Below, one piece after another: positions 1-7,808 of a stretch of DNA of 20,000 bases. The notes beneath the pieces were generated by a model. That model saw only the letters and a program-made list of their open reading frames with translations, searched no databases and had not been told where the DNA came from. Positions within the stretch are counted from its first letter, which is position 1, and each line of letters opens with the position of its first letter. A program made the position numbers and the translations under genes. The stretch lies in the sequence record SRR31156797_962; one strand, 5' to 3'.

Positions 1-1227
1 ATTGATAACCGGTACCATTTTTATGGCGGTATCAATTTCCGGGTTTGCCCCTTTCTGGTAGGCACCGATGTTGACCATATCTTCCACCTTACGGAAAGTT
101 GCCAGCTGGCCGAGGACTTTGCGACCGGCAGCAACAATGTCACCCTGAACAATATCTCCGCGAACACGGCTGACGCTTTTGAGTACGTCGATACAAGGAT
201 AATGACCCTGGTCGGCGAGGTCTCGGGTGAGCACTATGTGTCCGTCAAGAATAGAACGCACGGCATCGGCAATGGGTTCGGTAAAGTCGTCACCGTCAAC
301 AAGAACTGTGTAGATTCCGGTGATGGAGCCGTGCGGGTTTTTACCTGCGCGTTCCAGTAGCTTAGGCAGCTGTGCAAAGACTGACGGGGTATAACCACCA
401 CGGGTCGGTGGTTCTCCCGCAGCAAGCCCAACTTCACGTCCGGCCATGGCAAAACGCGTAACTGAATCCATCATTAAGAGGACGTCTTTATTCAGGTCAC
501 GGAAATATTCGGCAATGGCTGTGGCGGTATAGGCCGCACGCATACGGATAAGCGGGCTTTTGTCGGATGTTGCGATGACCAGTACGGAGCGGGCTAGCCC
601 TTCGGGGCCGAGGTCGCGTTCTATGAATTCCACAACCTCACGGCCACGCTCACCAACCAGAGCGATAACGTTGATGTCAGCCACTGTGTAGCGGGCCATC
701 ATGGAGAGCAGTGTCGATTTACCGACACCTGATCCGGCCATGATGCCCATACGCTGGCCTTTGCCCAGTGTCAGTAATCCGTTGATAGCTTTTACGCCTA
801 CATCAAGTGGTTCGTTGATGCGCGGGCGTTCAAGTGGGTTGGGTGGATCACAGTGCAGGGGGTTATATGCTTCGGGGATGATTGGCCCTTTGCCGTCAAT
901 GGGTTCGCCAAAGGCGTCCACAGCGCGTCCGAGCAGGCTCATTCCCACAGGGATTTTAGGGGGAGTGCTGGAGTTCTTAATTAAGCTGCCGGGGCTGATC
1001 CCGTGCATTTCCCCGTAGGGCATGAATAAACATGCGCCGTCCCTGAAACCGACAACTTCCGCGGCGATGGGGGCTGCCTCGTCTGGAATGAGATGACATA
1101 CTGACCCCAGCGGGGCTTTGATGCCCTTGCCCTCTGCAATGAGGCCGACGACCTTACTGACCCGGCCATAGCTCCGGCAGGGATCCAGTCCGGCAAGGAG
1201 TTGAGTGCAGCCTTTCATGTCAGCCAT
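1..1227 (-). CDS. fliI: Flagellar export ATPase FliI (3' end truncated by window edge)
   Basis: Absent from the ORF track because no stop falls in the window. Manual translation from ATG at 1227 gives MADMKGCTQLLAGLDPCRSYGRVSKVVGLIAEG..., Walker A AGSGVGKST near 712-738, and ...DMVNIGAYQKG... near the left edge. Lies directly downstream of fliH. Confidence 0.96.
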   Translation of the reverse strand, partial: MADMKGCTQLLAGLDPCRSYGRVSKVVGLIAEGKGIKAPLGSVCHLIPDEAAPIAAEVVGFRDGACLFMPYGEMHGISPGSLIKNSSTPPKIPVGMSLLGRAVDAFGEPIDGKGPIIPEAYNPLHCDPPNPLERPRINEPLDVGVKAINGLLTLGKGQRMGIMAGSGVGKSTLLSMMARYTVADINVIALVGERGREVVEFIERDLGPEGLARSVLVIATSDKSPLIRMRAAYTATAIAEYFRDLNKDVLLMMDSVTRFAMAGREVGLAAGEPPTRGGYTPSVFAQLPKLLERAGKNPHGSITGIYTVLVDGDDFTEPIADAVRSILDGHIVLTRDLADQGHYPCIDVLKSVSRVRGDIVQGDIVAAGRKVLGQLATFRKVEDMVNIGAYQKGANPEIDTAIKMVPVIN

Positions 1228-1229
1228 GA

Positions 1230-1967
1230 CTATTCTCCTGTTCCGGGTGTTAGTTGGCCGAGAATTTCCTGCACGCCTTCCCAACGGGAGGTTACAGTGT
1301 TCTCGATCATGGCGTCGGCGGCTTCAATGATGATTCCGCCGTTGTCGATAGCTGGATCAGGTTTTATCCGCCATTTGGCAAGGTCGGGGTGTTCGGTCTG
1401 GGCCTGCTCCAGCAGGGGACCGATGATTTCGCTGTCAGCCGGGGAAACTTTGATGACCAGCTGGGTCATGGAGTCGATGCGGTTCAGAGCGTCATCCAGC
1501 AAAGATGCAAGTATTTCCTGTCTGCGTGAGTCCATTTCCACAGCCAGTGTTTTTTCGATAACCATGAAAACCAGCGAAATGGCATCAGTGGACTGAGCCA
1601 TCATTACGTTATGGGACTGGTTCTGAATGGTCTGCAGGGTCTGGGCGACATTTTGGCTGAAGCTGATTAAATGCTGTTCGGCTTCCTGGGCAGCCTGAGC
1701 CTGTCCTGCTGCATAGCCTTCCGCCTGCGCATTGGCTTTGATGTCTTCCGCCTCAGCCATGGCTTTGGCAATGATTTCTTTGGCCATATTCTGGGCTTTA
1801 GCCTTGACCCGCTCATAATATTCGCGGTCAGTGTCTTCGTTCCAGGTAGGTTTTTTCTTGCCTTCCATTTCCTGTATAGTCATTTCCTGGGTCTTGTTAT
1901 TGGAATCAAGACCCATGATAACTCTACCGGTGTAGAACTTATTGTCTTCAGCCTTAGACAAAGACAT
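1230..1967 (-). CDS. fliH: Flagellar assembly protein FliH
   Basis: 245 aa with an Ala/Glu/Gln-rich helical segment (AQAEGYAAG) and C-terminal DPAIDNGGIII motif. Sits between fliG and fliI; start overlaps the fliG end by 14 bp. Confidence 0.9.
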   Translation of the reverse strand: MSLSKAEDNKFYTGRVIMGLDSNNKTQEMTIQEMEGKKKPTWNEDTDREYYERVKAKAQNMAKEIIAKAMAEAEDIKANAQAEGYAAGQAQAAQEAEQHLISFSQNVAQTLQTIQNQSHNVMMAQSTDAISLVFMVIEKTLAVEMDSRRQEILASLLDDALNRIDSMTQLVIKVSPADSEIIGPLLEQAQTEHPDLAKWRIKPDPAIDNGGIIIEAADAMIENTVTSRWEGVQEILGQLTPGTGE

Positions 1968-2955
1968 CTCCTGAACCTCTGCTGATCATAATCCGACCCT
2001 CGTCTTCGAGGCGGCGGATGTTTTTAACAATATTCTGCTGTGCTGCTTCCACATCGGAGAGCTTCACAGGTCCCATGATTTCAAGGTCTTCGCGGATCAT
2101 GTTGGAAGCACGCTCGGACATGTTCTTAAAGAAGAGCTCCTGTAAATCGTCGGAGGCACCCTTGAGTGCTGTGGTGAGCTCTTCGTTTGAAACTTCCTTG
2201 AGCAGTTCGCGGATCGCACGGTCGTCCAGTCCCTTGATGTCTTCGAAAACGAACATGAGGTTCCTGATTTCTTCGGCCATCTGGGTGGATTCTTCCTCGA
2301 TTTCTGAAAGAACTTCCTCTTCTGTAGAGCGGTCTACGGCGTTGAGGATTTCCGCTACTGCGGGTACGCCGCCCACTTTCTTTCCTTCCTTGCCGCCCAT
2401 GGCGATCAGCTGGCTTTGCAGCACCCGATCTACTTCCATGAGCATTTCTTCTGCTACAGCTTCAAGTTTGGCAAGTCTCATGAGCACTTCGGCTCTTACG
2501 CCGCCGGGCAGGTTGGATATAAGGTCCGCTGCCTGATCCGGGTGCAGATGGCCGATAATGAGGGCCAGTGTCTGCGGGTGCTCGTTCCTGAGAATCTGGG
2601 CCAGAATCTTGGGGCTGACGTTCTGGAGTTCCTGAAACGGAGCAGGTCCGCTTTCAAGGTCGAGCTTATCCAGAATGTATTTTGCGGTTTCCTCGTCAAG
2701 GGATTTGCTGAGCAGTCTTTTGACCTGATCGGCTCCGCCCATGAGGAGTTCAGCTCCATATGCCAGAGTTTCATTGAACTCTTTGAGTACTTCTAGAACC
2801 TGTTCTTTGGGGACGGAATCCATCTCCAGCATGGCTTTTGATACGTCGGCAATTTCCTGACGGTTCATGCGTTTGAAGGTTTCAGCGGTAAACTTGTCCC
2901 CGAGGGCGAGAAGTACGATTGCTGTTTTTTGATTACCGGTGAACGGCGTTGACAA
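1954..2955 (-). CDS. fliG: Flagellar motor switch protein FliG
   Basis: 333 aa with EHPQ motif, GG linker and MFVFEDI motif. TTG start with AGGAGG Shine-Dalgarno inside the fliF 3' end. Confidence 0.97.
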   Translation of the reverse strand: MSTPFTGNQKTAIVLLALGDKFTAETFKRMNRQEIADVSKAMLEMDSVPKEQVLEVLKEFNETLAYGAELLMGGADQVKRLLSKSLDEETAKYILDKLDLESGPAPFQELQNVSPKILAQILRNEHPQTLALIIGHLHPDQAADLISNLPGGVRAEVLMRLAKLEAVAEEMLMEVDRVLQSQLIAMGGKEGKKVGGVPAVAEILNAVDRSTEEEVLSEIEEESTQMAEEIRNLMFVFEDIKGLDDRAIRELLKEVSNEELTTALKGASDDLQELFFKNMSERASNMIREDLEIMGPVKLSDVEAAQQNIVKNIRRLEDEGRIMISRGSGDVFV

Positions 2956-2956
2956 T

Positions 2957-4564
2957 TTAAGCTGCCTCCTGCTGCTTCAGCCAGCTCTTCAGCACCTGCA
3001 CAGCCTGATCCATATTTTTTTCTGAAAGTTGCAGGGCCTGAGCCTTGGCGTTCTCCAGTCTACGTGCCGTATCAAGAGCCTCTTCGTCAAGGTCGCTTTC
3101 ATCAATTGCGAGTCTTTCGCCTGCTTCAGGCAGACCTGCAACTTCATCAATTTCTTCTTCAGCCACGCGGGGCTTGATCAGAGCCATGATTACCGGACGT
3201 ACAACCAGAATCAGGAAGAGGAAGATCAGGAGACCGTTGAGGAAAGGCTTACCAAGGCGCTGAGCGTATTCAAGCATGGTGCGCATGAGGCCTTCGTCGC
3301 CAAACATATCCTGCATGCCGAAGGACATATTTGAAACCTCAACGATATCACCGCGAACTTCGTCATAGCCTACAGCTGAGCTTACCAGTTCCCGGATGCG
3401 CTGCATTTCCTCTTCAGAGCGGGGTACGTATGTCATTTCCCCTGTTTCAGGGTCCTTAGTGTAGGTTCCGTCAACGATAACCGCTACACTAAGGCGTTTG
3501 AGCTCGCCCACGGGAACGATGATCTGCTGTTCTTCTTTGTTGATTTCATAGTTGGTAGTACGGGTTTCACGGGTAGAGTCCTGAGTGGTTGCTGTCCCTG
3601 TGAAGCCGTCCCCTCTAAAGTTTGCTTCAGGTACGCCGCCGTCCACGTTAGCGGTTCCTCTGGTGTTTTCTTCGCTGGTCTGCTCGGAGCGGGCAACCTG
3701 ACCGTCAGGGTCGTATGCTTCTGTCTTGATGGTGCGCTGCCTGAAATCGAGATCCGCGTTCACCTTGGCAATAACTTTGTTCGGGCCGACGATGGGCATG
3801 AGCAGACGCTGGATGCGCTGTTCAACTTTTGACTCAAGGCCGGATTTGTATTCGAGCTGGCTGTTGGTGATGTTCAGTCCCAGTCCGCCGTCATCTTCAG
3901 GCTGGTAGAGGACCTGTCCGCGCATGTCAGTAATGGTGACATGTTCAGGTTTTAAACCTTCAACAGACATGACTACGAGGTTGAGAACACCCTTGATTTG
4001 TTTGTCTGCAAGCTTTTCCCCGTCCTTGAGCTTAAGTACTACGGAAGCAGAGGGATCAACCTGTTCTTCAATAAAAAGAGATTTTGCCGGCAGCACCAGA
4101 TGGACTCTGGCCCGCTCAACTTGTGGAAATTCGCTGATTGTTCTTGCCAGTTCACCCTGCAGGGCACGCTGGTAGTTGATGCGCTGGATAAAGTCTGTCT
4201 GCCCGATTTGGACCTCATCGAAAATTTCATAACCGATTCCCTGGCCGTGAAGAGCGCCTTCACCGGCAATTTTCAGACGCAGGTCGTACACCTTGTCTGC
4301 TGGAACTAAAATGGTGGAGCCGTTATCTTCAATCTTATATGGCTCTTTGGTGGATTGCAGTATGGAAACAACGCGGGAGGCATCTTCGGCGTACAGCTTG
4401 GTGTAGAGGACCCGGTACTCGGTCTGGTTGAGCCAGAAGACCATAAGGATGAAGGCAATTACGACGGTGGCAGCAAGTCCCCCGATCATGATTCTTTGCG
4501 AAACAGTTCGGTCAGACCAGAAACTTTGAAATTGACTCAGATACTCAGCGATGAAATTAGGCAT
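2957..4564 (-). CDS. fliF: Flagellar MS-ring protein FliF
   Basis: 535 aa with two TM segments and GYEIFD, YQRALQGELARTI, ARVHLVLP, SASVVL and RLSVAVIVDG motifs. AGGAG SD upstream. Confidence 0.97.
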   Translation of the reverse strand: MPNFIAEYLSQFQSFWSDRTVSQRIMIGGLAATVVIAFILMVFWLNQTEYRVLYTKLYAEDASRVVSILQSTKEPYKIEDNGSTILVPADKVYDLRLKIAGEGALHGQGIGYEIFDEVQIGQTDFIQRINYQRALQGELARTISEFPQVERARVHLVLPAKSLFIEEQVDPSASVVLKLKDGEKLADKQIKGVLNLVVMSVEGLKPEHVTITDMRGQVLYQPEDDGGLGLNITNSQLEYKSGLESKVEQRIQRLLMPIVGPNKVIAKVNADLDFRQRTIKTEAYDPDGQVARSEQTSEENTRGTANVDGGVPEANFRGDGFTGTATTQDSTRETRTTNYEINKEEQQIIVPVGELKRLSVAVIVDGTYTKDPETGEMTYVPRSEEEMQRIRELVSSAVGYDEVRGDIVEVSNMSFGMQDMFGDEGLMRTMLEYAQRLGKPFLNGLLIFLFLILVVRPVIMALIKPRVAEEEIDEVAGLPEAGERLAIDESDLDEEALDTARRLENAKAQALQLSEKNMDQAVQVLKSWLKQQEAA

Positions 4565-4596
4565 ACTTAAACTCCTGACGATTTTTCATTTGTTTA

Positions 4597-4612
4597 AGCA
4601 ATTAGTGGGCCA
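4597..4612 (-). promoter_or_regulatory. Sigma-54 (-24/-12) promoter for fliFGHI
   Basis: Minus strand reads TGGCCCACTAATTGCT, an exact GG-N10-GC spacing close to TGGCAC-N5-TTGCW. Lies 32 bp upstream of the fliF start and downstream of a terminator-like hairpin. Confidence 0.8.
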
Positions 4613-4712
4613 CTGAAAAAAAATCCAATAAAAAAATAGTCTTAGGTGGACTGTGTTTGAGATTCTTTTGTGGTGTGACGAGGGGAGGACAAAAAAATGT
4701 CAATGCGAATGA

Positions 4713-4760
4713 TATATGAAAGCTACCACGAGAACCCTCGTAGCAAGGGCTCGTGGTAGC
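4713..4760 (-). terminator. Probable intrinsic terminator after fliE
   Basis: Perfect 11-bp inverted repeat GCTACCACGAG (4722-4732)/CTCGTGGTAGC (4750-4760) plus inner CCCT/AGGG, followed on the minus strand by TTTCATATA (a short U-tract). Confidence 0.6.
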
Positions 4761-4798
4761 AATATTTTGTAGACAGATAAAGGAGCGTTTCTGTCAGA

Positions 4799-5125
4799 CT
4801 AGAAAGGCATTTTCATGACTTCCTGATACGCAGTCATAACTTTGGTGCGTACAGTGCTGGTCATGGTCATGGCAACGCTGGCTTTTTGCAGCGAAATCAT
4901 CAATTCGTGAACGTTCTGGTTTTTGCCGGAGGCAAATTCTTCGATCATTTGTTTTTTCTGGCCCTGAAGTTCGTTAACGCTCTTGATGGAGTCGGTCATG
5001 GTTTCGGAAAAAGAGTTCGGCTGGGCCTTGTTAAGTTCCATAGTCTTATCGAACTTTTTATCGAACTTCTGTTGGTTCTGGATGGCATTGGTGTATGCCT
5101 GCATTGCTACGTTTCTAATAGACAT
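4799..5125 (-). CDS. fliE: Flagellar hook-basal body protein FliE
   Basis: 108 aa with NVHELMISLQKA and C-terminal VRTKVMTAYQEVMKMPF. Follows flgC; AAGGAG SD. Confidence 0.95.
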   Translation of the reverse strand: MSIRNVAMQAYTNAIQNQQKFDKKFDKTMELNKAQPNSFSETMTDSIKSVNELQGQKKQMIEEFASGKNQNVHELMISLQKASVAMTMTSTVRTKVMTAYQEVMKMPF

Positions 5126-5178
5126 GTTTTGCTCCTTTTTCGAAAGTCGGAAATCTATCGGTCTGGGTCAGCCGGTAA

Positions 5179-5622
5179 TTACTGTCCCATTCCTATTCTC
5201 AGTGCGCGGTTGAACATCCTTTTGGCGGAGTCCACTGCCTGCGCGTTGGCTTCGTAAGATCTGCTGATGCTGATCATGTTGACCATTTCTTCAACCACGT
5301 TGATGTCCGGGTATCTGACGATTCCTTTTTTATCCGCATCAGGGTGGTTCGGCTCATAAACTTCTTTGAAAGGGCGGGTGTCGGAGACGATGCCTCGAAC
5401 TGTTACGCCCCGGAGTTGTTGATTGAGCTGTTGGTTCATAGCGGTTTCAAAAGGTGAGAGAACAGGGCTTGACTCCATGGAAACACTTTTGCGGCGGTAG
5501 GCTCCGCCTTCGGCTGTCCGTGTAGTCTTGGCGTTAGCCATGTTCATAGACACAACGTTCAGGTACTCCCTCTGGGCTTTGAGCCCTGAAGCTCCGATAT
5601 CAAGTGCTGTGAAGAAGTTCAT
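5179..5622 (-). CDS. flgC: Flagellar basal-body rod protein FlgC
   Basis: 147 aa with IGASGLKAQR..NMANA, YRRK, YEPNHPDAD, PDINVVEEM and SRSYEAN motifs. TAATG stop/start overlap with flgB. Confidence 0.97.
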   Translation of the reverse strand: MNFFTALDIGASGLKAQREYLNVVSMNMANAKTTRTAEGGAYRRKSVSMESSPVLSPFETAMNQQLNQQLRGVTVRGIVSDTRPFKEVYEPNHPDADKKGIVRYPDINVVEEMVNMISISRSYEANAQAVDSAKRMFNRALRIGMGQ

Positions 5623-6032
5623 TATCTTGCTCCGCTCTGGATAATCTTACTCATGCCCTGAAAATTTTTCCCGATAACCTGAGAGAGGGCATTGTAGTAA
5701 AGAGTGTTCTTGGCCATTGCGACCATTTCTTTATCCATGTCGACTCGGTTTTCACCGTGAATGACTCTGGGTTCGAAGTTGGATAGAACATCCCCTTCAA
5801 ATTTATTTGCATCAAAGGCTGTGGGAATGTGCATCTTGCTGGTTCTTGTCATTTTGCCTTTGGCATCAAGGCCCATTGCTTTCTGAAGGTCGTCTTCAAA
5901 CTCAAGGCGTTTTTCCTTGTAGCCGGGGGTGTTGACGTTTGCCAGATTGGAGGAGACAAGGTTTTGACGCTGAAGTCTGAGGTCGAGTACTTTGCCTGTC
6001 AATTGTATGTGGCTGCCAAAAAGTCCTTTCAT
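5622..6032 (-). CDS. flgB: Flagellar basal-body rod protein FlgB
   Basis: RQNLVSSNLANVNTPGYK and NRVDMDKEM motifs. Start moved from 6068 to ATG 6032 (MKGLFGSH..., 136 aa) because AGGAGG lies just upstream of it. Confidence 0.96.
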   Translation of the reverse strand: MKGLFGSHIQLTGKVLDLRLQRQNLVSSNLANVNTPGYKEKRLEFEDDLQKAMGLDAKGKMTRTSKMHIPTAFDANKFEGDVLSNFEPRVIHGENRVDMDKEMVAMAKNTLYYNALSQVIGKNFQGMSKIIQSGAR

Positions 6033-6109
6033 GTGTATATCCTCCTGCAAAAAATTCCCGGTGCCCATCTGGGTCGGAATGAATTGGTGATTTCGTTTGA
6101 TTTGTAGTT

Positions 6110-6125
6110 AGCAAAAGGCGTTCCA
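6110..6125 (-). promoter_or_regulatory. Sigma-54 promoter for flgBC-fliE
   Basis: Minus strand reads TGGAACGCCTTTTGCT (GG-N10-GC). An IHF-like site TAACAATAGATTG (one mismatch to WATCAANNNNTTR) lies just upstream at 6132-6144. Confidence 0.82.
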
Positions 6126-6251
6126 AGTTTGCAATCTATTGTTATTGTTAAATAAAATAGAGATATTTTAAGTCTGGGGAAACCGAGTGTCGGAAATCAG
6201 GCGCTTTAAAATAGTCTCTTTATATATAATGTAGGATTGGGGTGGCCTTTT

Positions 6252-6267
6252 TGGCACGCTGCATGCA
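6252..6267 (+). promoter_or_regulatory. Sigma-54 promoter for the TPR gene
   Basis: TGGCACGCTGCATGCA has a perfect -24 box TGGCACG and GG-N10-GC spacing; divergent from the flgB promoter. Confidence 0.78.
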
Positions 6268-6349
6268 TAATTTCAGGCAGACCCTCAGGGGTCGAAAAAA
6301 ATGCCGCTTTGGATTGTCCGGTGGTAAATAAAATTTCCGGAGGGGAATT

Positions 6350-6904
6350 ATGAGTCATTTAGATTACGAAATTAACAAGGAACTCGGTGAGTGTTATCTG
6401 TTCATGGGTGAACTGGATAAGGCTGAAGATTACTACAAGAAGGCTGCCGGCTCTAACGGTGTGCATCCTGATCCTTACATCGGGCTTGCCACTATCGCAG
6501 TTCAGCGTGGTGAGTATGATGCTGCCATGTCTCTGTACGAAAAAGCACACACAGTGGAAGCCACTGATAAGAGCTTTGCCGGTATGGGACTGATCCAGAT
6601 GGAAACCTCACGTCAGGATGAAGCTTTTGAAAACTTTTCTCAGGCTCTCGACATCAACATCAGCAACATGGTTGCTCTTTTCGGCATCATCAGAATCGGT
6701 CACGAGGCTGAAAGAATGGCTGAAGCTATTCCTTTCCTCGAGAAGTTTCTCGAAGTTGATCCCGAGAAGCACGAAGTCCGCTACTCTCTTGCAGGTCTTT
6801 ATATCTGCATGGAGCAGAAGGATGAGGCTGTCGAGCAGCTTGAAATGATCCTTGAAAAGGATCCCGCAAATGATGCGGCTAAGGAACTGCTGAGCCAGAT
6901 TTAG
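6350..6904 (+). CDS. Tetratricopeptide-repeat protein, function unknown
   Basis: 184 aa with about five 34-aa TPR-like units (LG..Y...G..D.A..YY.KA; YSLAGLY....Q..EA...LE.IL..DP). GGAGG SD. Confidence 0.88.
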   Translation: MSHLDYEINKELGECYLFMGELDKAEDYYKKAAGSNGVHPDPYIGLATIAVQRGEYDAAMSLYEKAHTVEATDKSFAGMGLIQMETSRQDEAFENFSQALDINISNMVALFGIIRIGHEAERMAEAIPFLEKFLEVDPEKHEVRYSLAGLYICMEQKDEAVEQLEMILEKDPANDAAKELLSQI

Positions 6905-7074
6905 CTCACTCAGATCCTTTATATATAGCCGACTCCCCTCCCGGTTGGTCCCGTTCCTGTTCGTGTGGTTCAGGGACGGGGGCCAGCTACAGGGAAAAAG
7001 GTTCAGTCCGGAAGCTTGCCTTTACGGCATAAATCCGGCACAACTCCACAAAAACAATAATCTGGAGATGTGTT

Positions 7075-7674
7075 ATGGATATGTTGCCTGTAAAGCGTGG
7101 AGTTCTCAGTGTTACTGATAAATCCGGGCTTGCTGAATTTGCGGCTGAGTTGGCTGGCTTCGGTGTGGAGCTCATCAGCACCGGCGGCACAAGAAAAATG
7201 CTTCTTGATGCCGGACTTGAGGTCAAGTCTGTAAGTGATGTTACCGGTTTTCCTGAAATCATGGGTGGCCGTGTAAAGACCCTGCACCCCAGCGTGCATG
7301 GCGGCATTCTTGCGGATAAGGATAATCCGGAACACCTGTCGACTCTTGATGAGCATGGAATCGAGACTATCGATATGGTTTGCGTTAACCTGTACAATTT
7401 TGCCAAGGCTGTTAGCGAAGGGCAGGATCTGAAGAACGCTGTCGAGCAGATCGACATCGGCGGTCCTACAATGCTGCGTGCTTCAGCCAAAAATTTTCAT
7501 TCTGTTCTGGTTATCCCCAGTCCGGTACATTACCCCCGTATTCTTGAAGACATGAAAAAGAACGATGGCAAGGTTTCTCTCGACCTGAGAAAAGACCTCG
7601 CCGCGGAAACTTTTGCGCTTGTTTCCGAATACGATTCCATGATCGCCAAATATCTGGCAGATCACGACGCTTAG
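7075..7674 (+). CDS. Stand-alone IMP cyclohydrolase / MGS-like domain protein (N-terminal half of PurH)
   Basis: 199 aa with LSVTDKSGL, STGGT, TGFPEIMGGRVKTLHP, VNLY and IDIGGPTMLRASAKN motifs of the PurH IMPCH domain. No AICAR transformylase domain; clean stop followed by a terminator. Confidence 0.9.
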   Translation: MDMLPVKRGVLSVTDKSGLAEFAAELAGFGVELISTGGTRKMLLDAGLEVKSVSDVTGFPEIMGGRVKTLHPSVHGGILADKDNPEHLSTLDEHGIETIDMVCVNLYNFAKAVSEGQDLKNAVEQIDIGGPTMLRASAKNFHSVLVIPSPVHYPRILEDMKKNDGKVSLDLRKDLAAETFALVSEYDSMIAKYLADHDA

Positions 7675-7681
7675 TTTTCAA

Positions 7682-7716
7682 AAACGGGATGTCATTTTTA
7701 TGGCATCCCGTTTACT
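7682..7716 (+). terminator. Intrinsic terminator after the IMPCH gene
   Basis: AAACGGGATGTCA-TTTTTA-TGGCATCCCGTTT hairpin with one G-U pair, 7 bp after the stop codon. Confidence 0.75.
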
Positions 7717-7751
7717 ATTGTTATAAGATAAGACAATTCAGTCTCAAAAGT

Positions 7752-7788
7752 GGCGAAGCCTAAATAAAAGGGTTTAAGCCGCGGAGGC
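7752..7788 (-). repeat. Degenerate REP-like intergenic repeat
   Basis: Minus strand reads GCCTCCGCGGCTTAAACCCTTTTATTTAGGCTTCGCC and shares its CCTCCG(G)CGG head with the element at 9483-9520. Confidence 0.45.
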
Positions 7789-7808
7789 AAAATACTTGGA
7801 GAATTCCC

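Noticed and set aside
7000-7022. SRP RNA (CAGTCCGGAAG) or c-di-GMP-I riboswitch-like words
   Set aside because: The SRP GGAAGCAG half is missing. The c-di-GMP-like words are on the minus strand, with no downstream gene and no matching first stem.
6925-7060. ZMP/ZTP riboswitch upstream of the purH-like gene
   Set aside because: The context fits, but the GACUG...GGGGAG P1 elements and the CGCCUGGG pseudoknot hairpin are absent on the plus strand.
7075-7760. purH pseudogene
   Set aside because: Motifs are intact, the stop is at the domain boundary, a terminator follows, and no transformylase remnant is seen.
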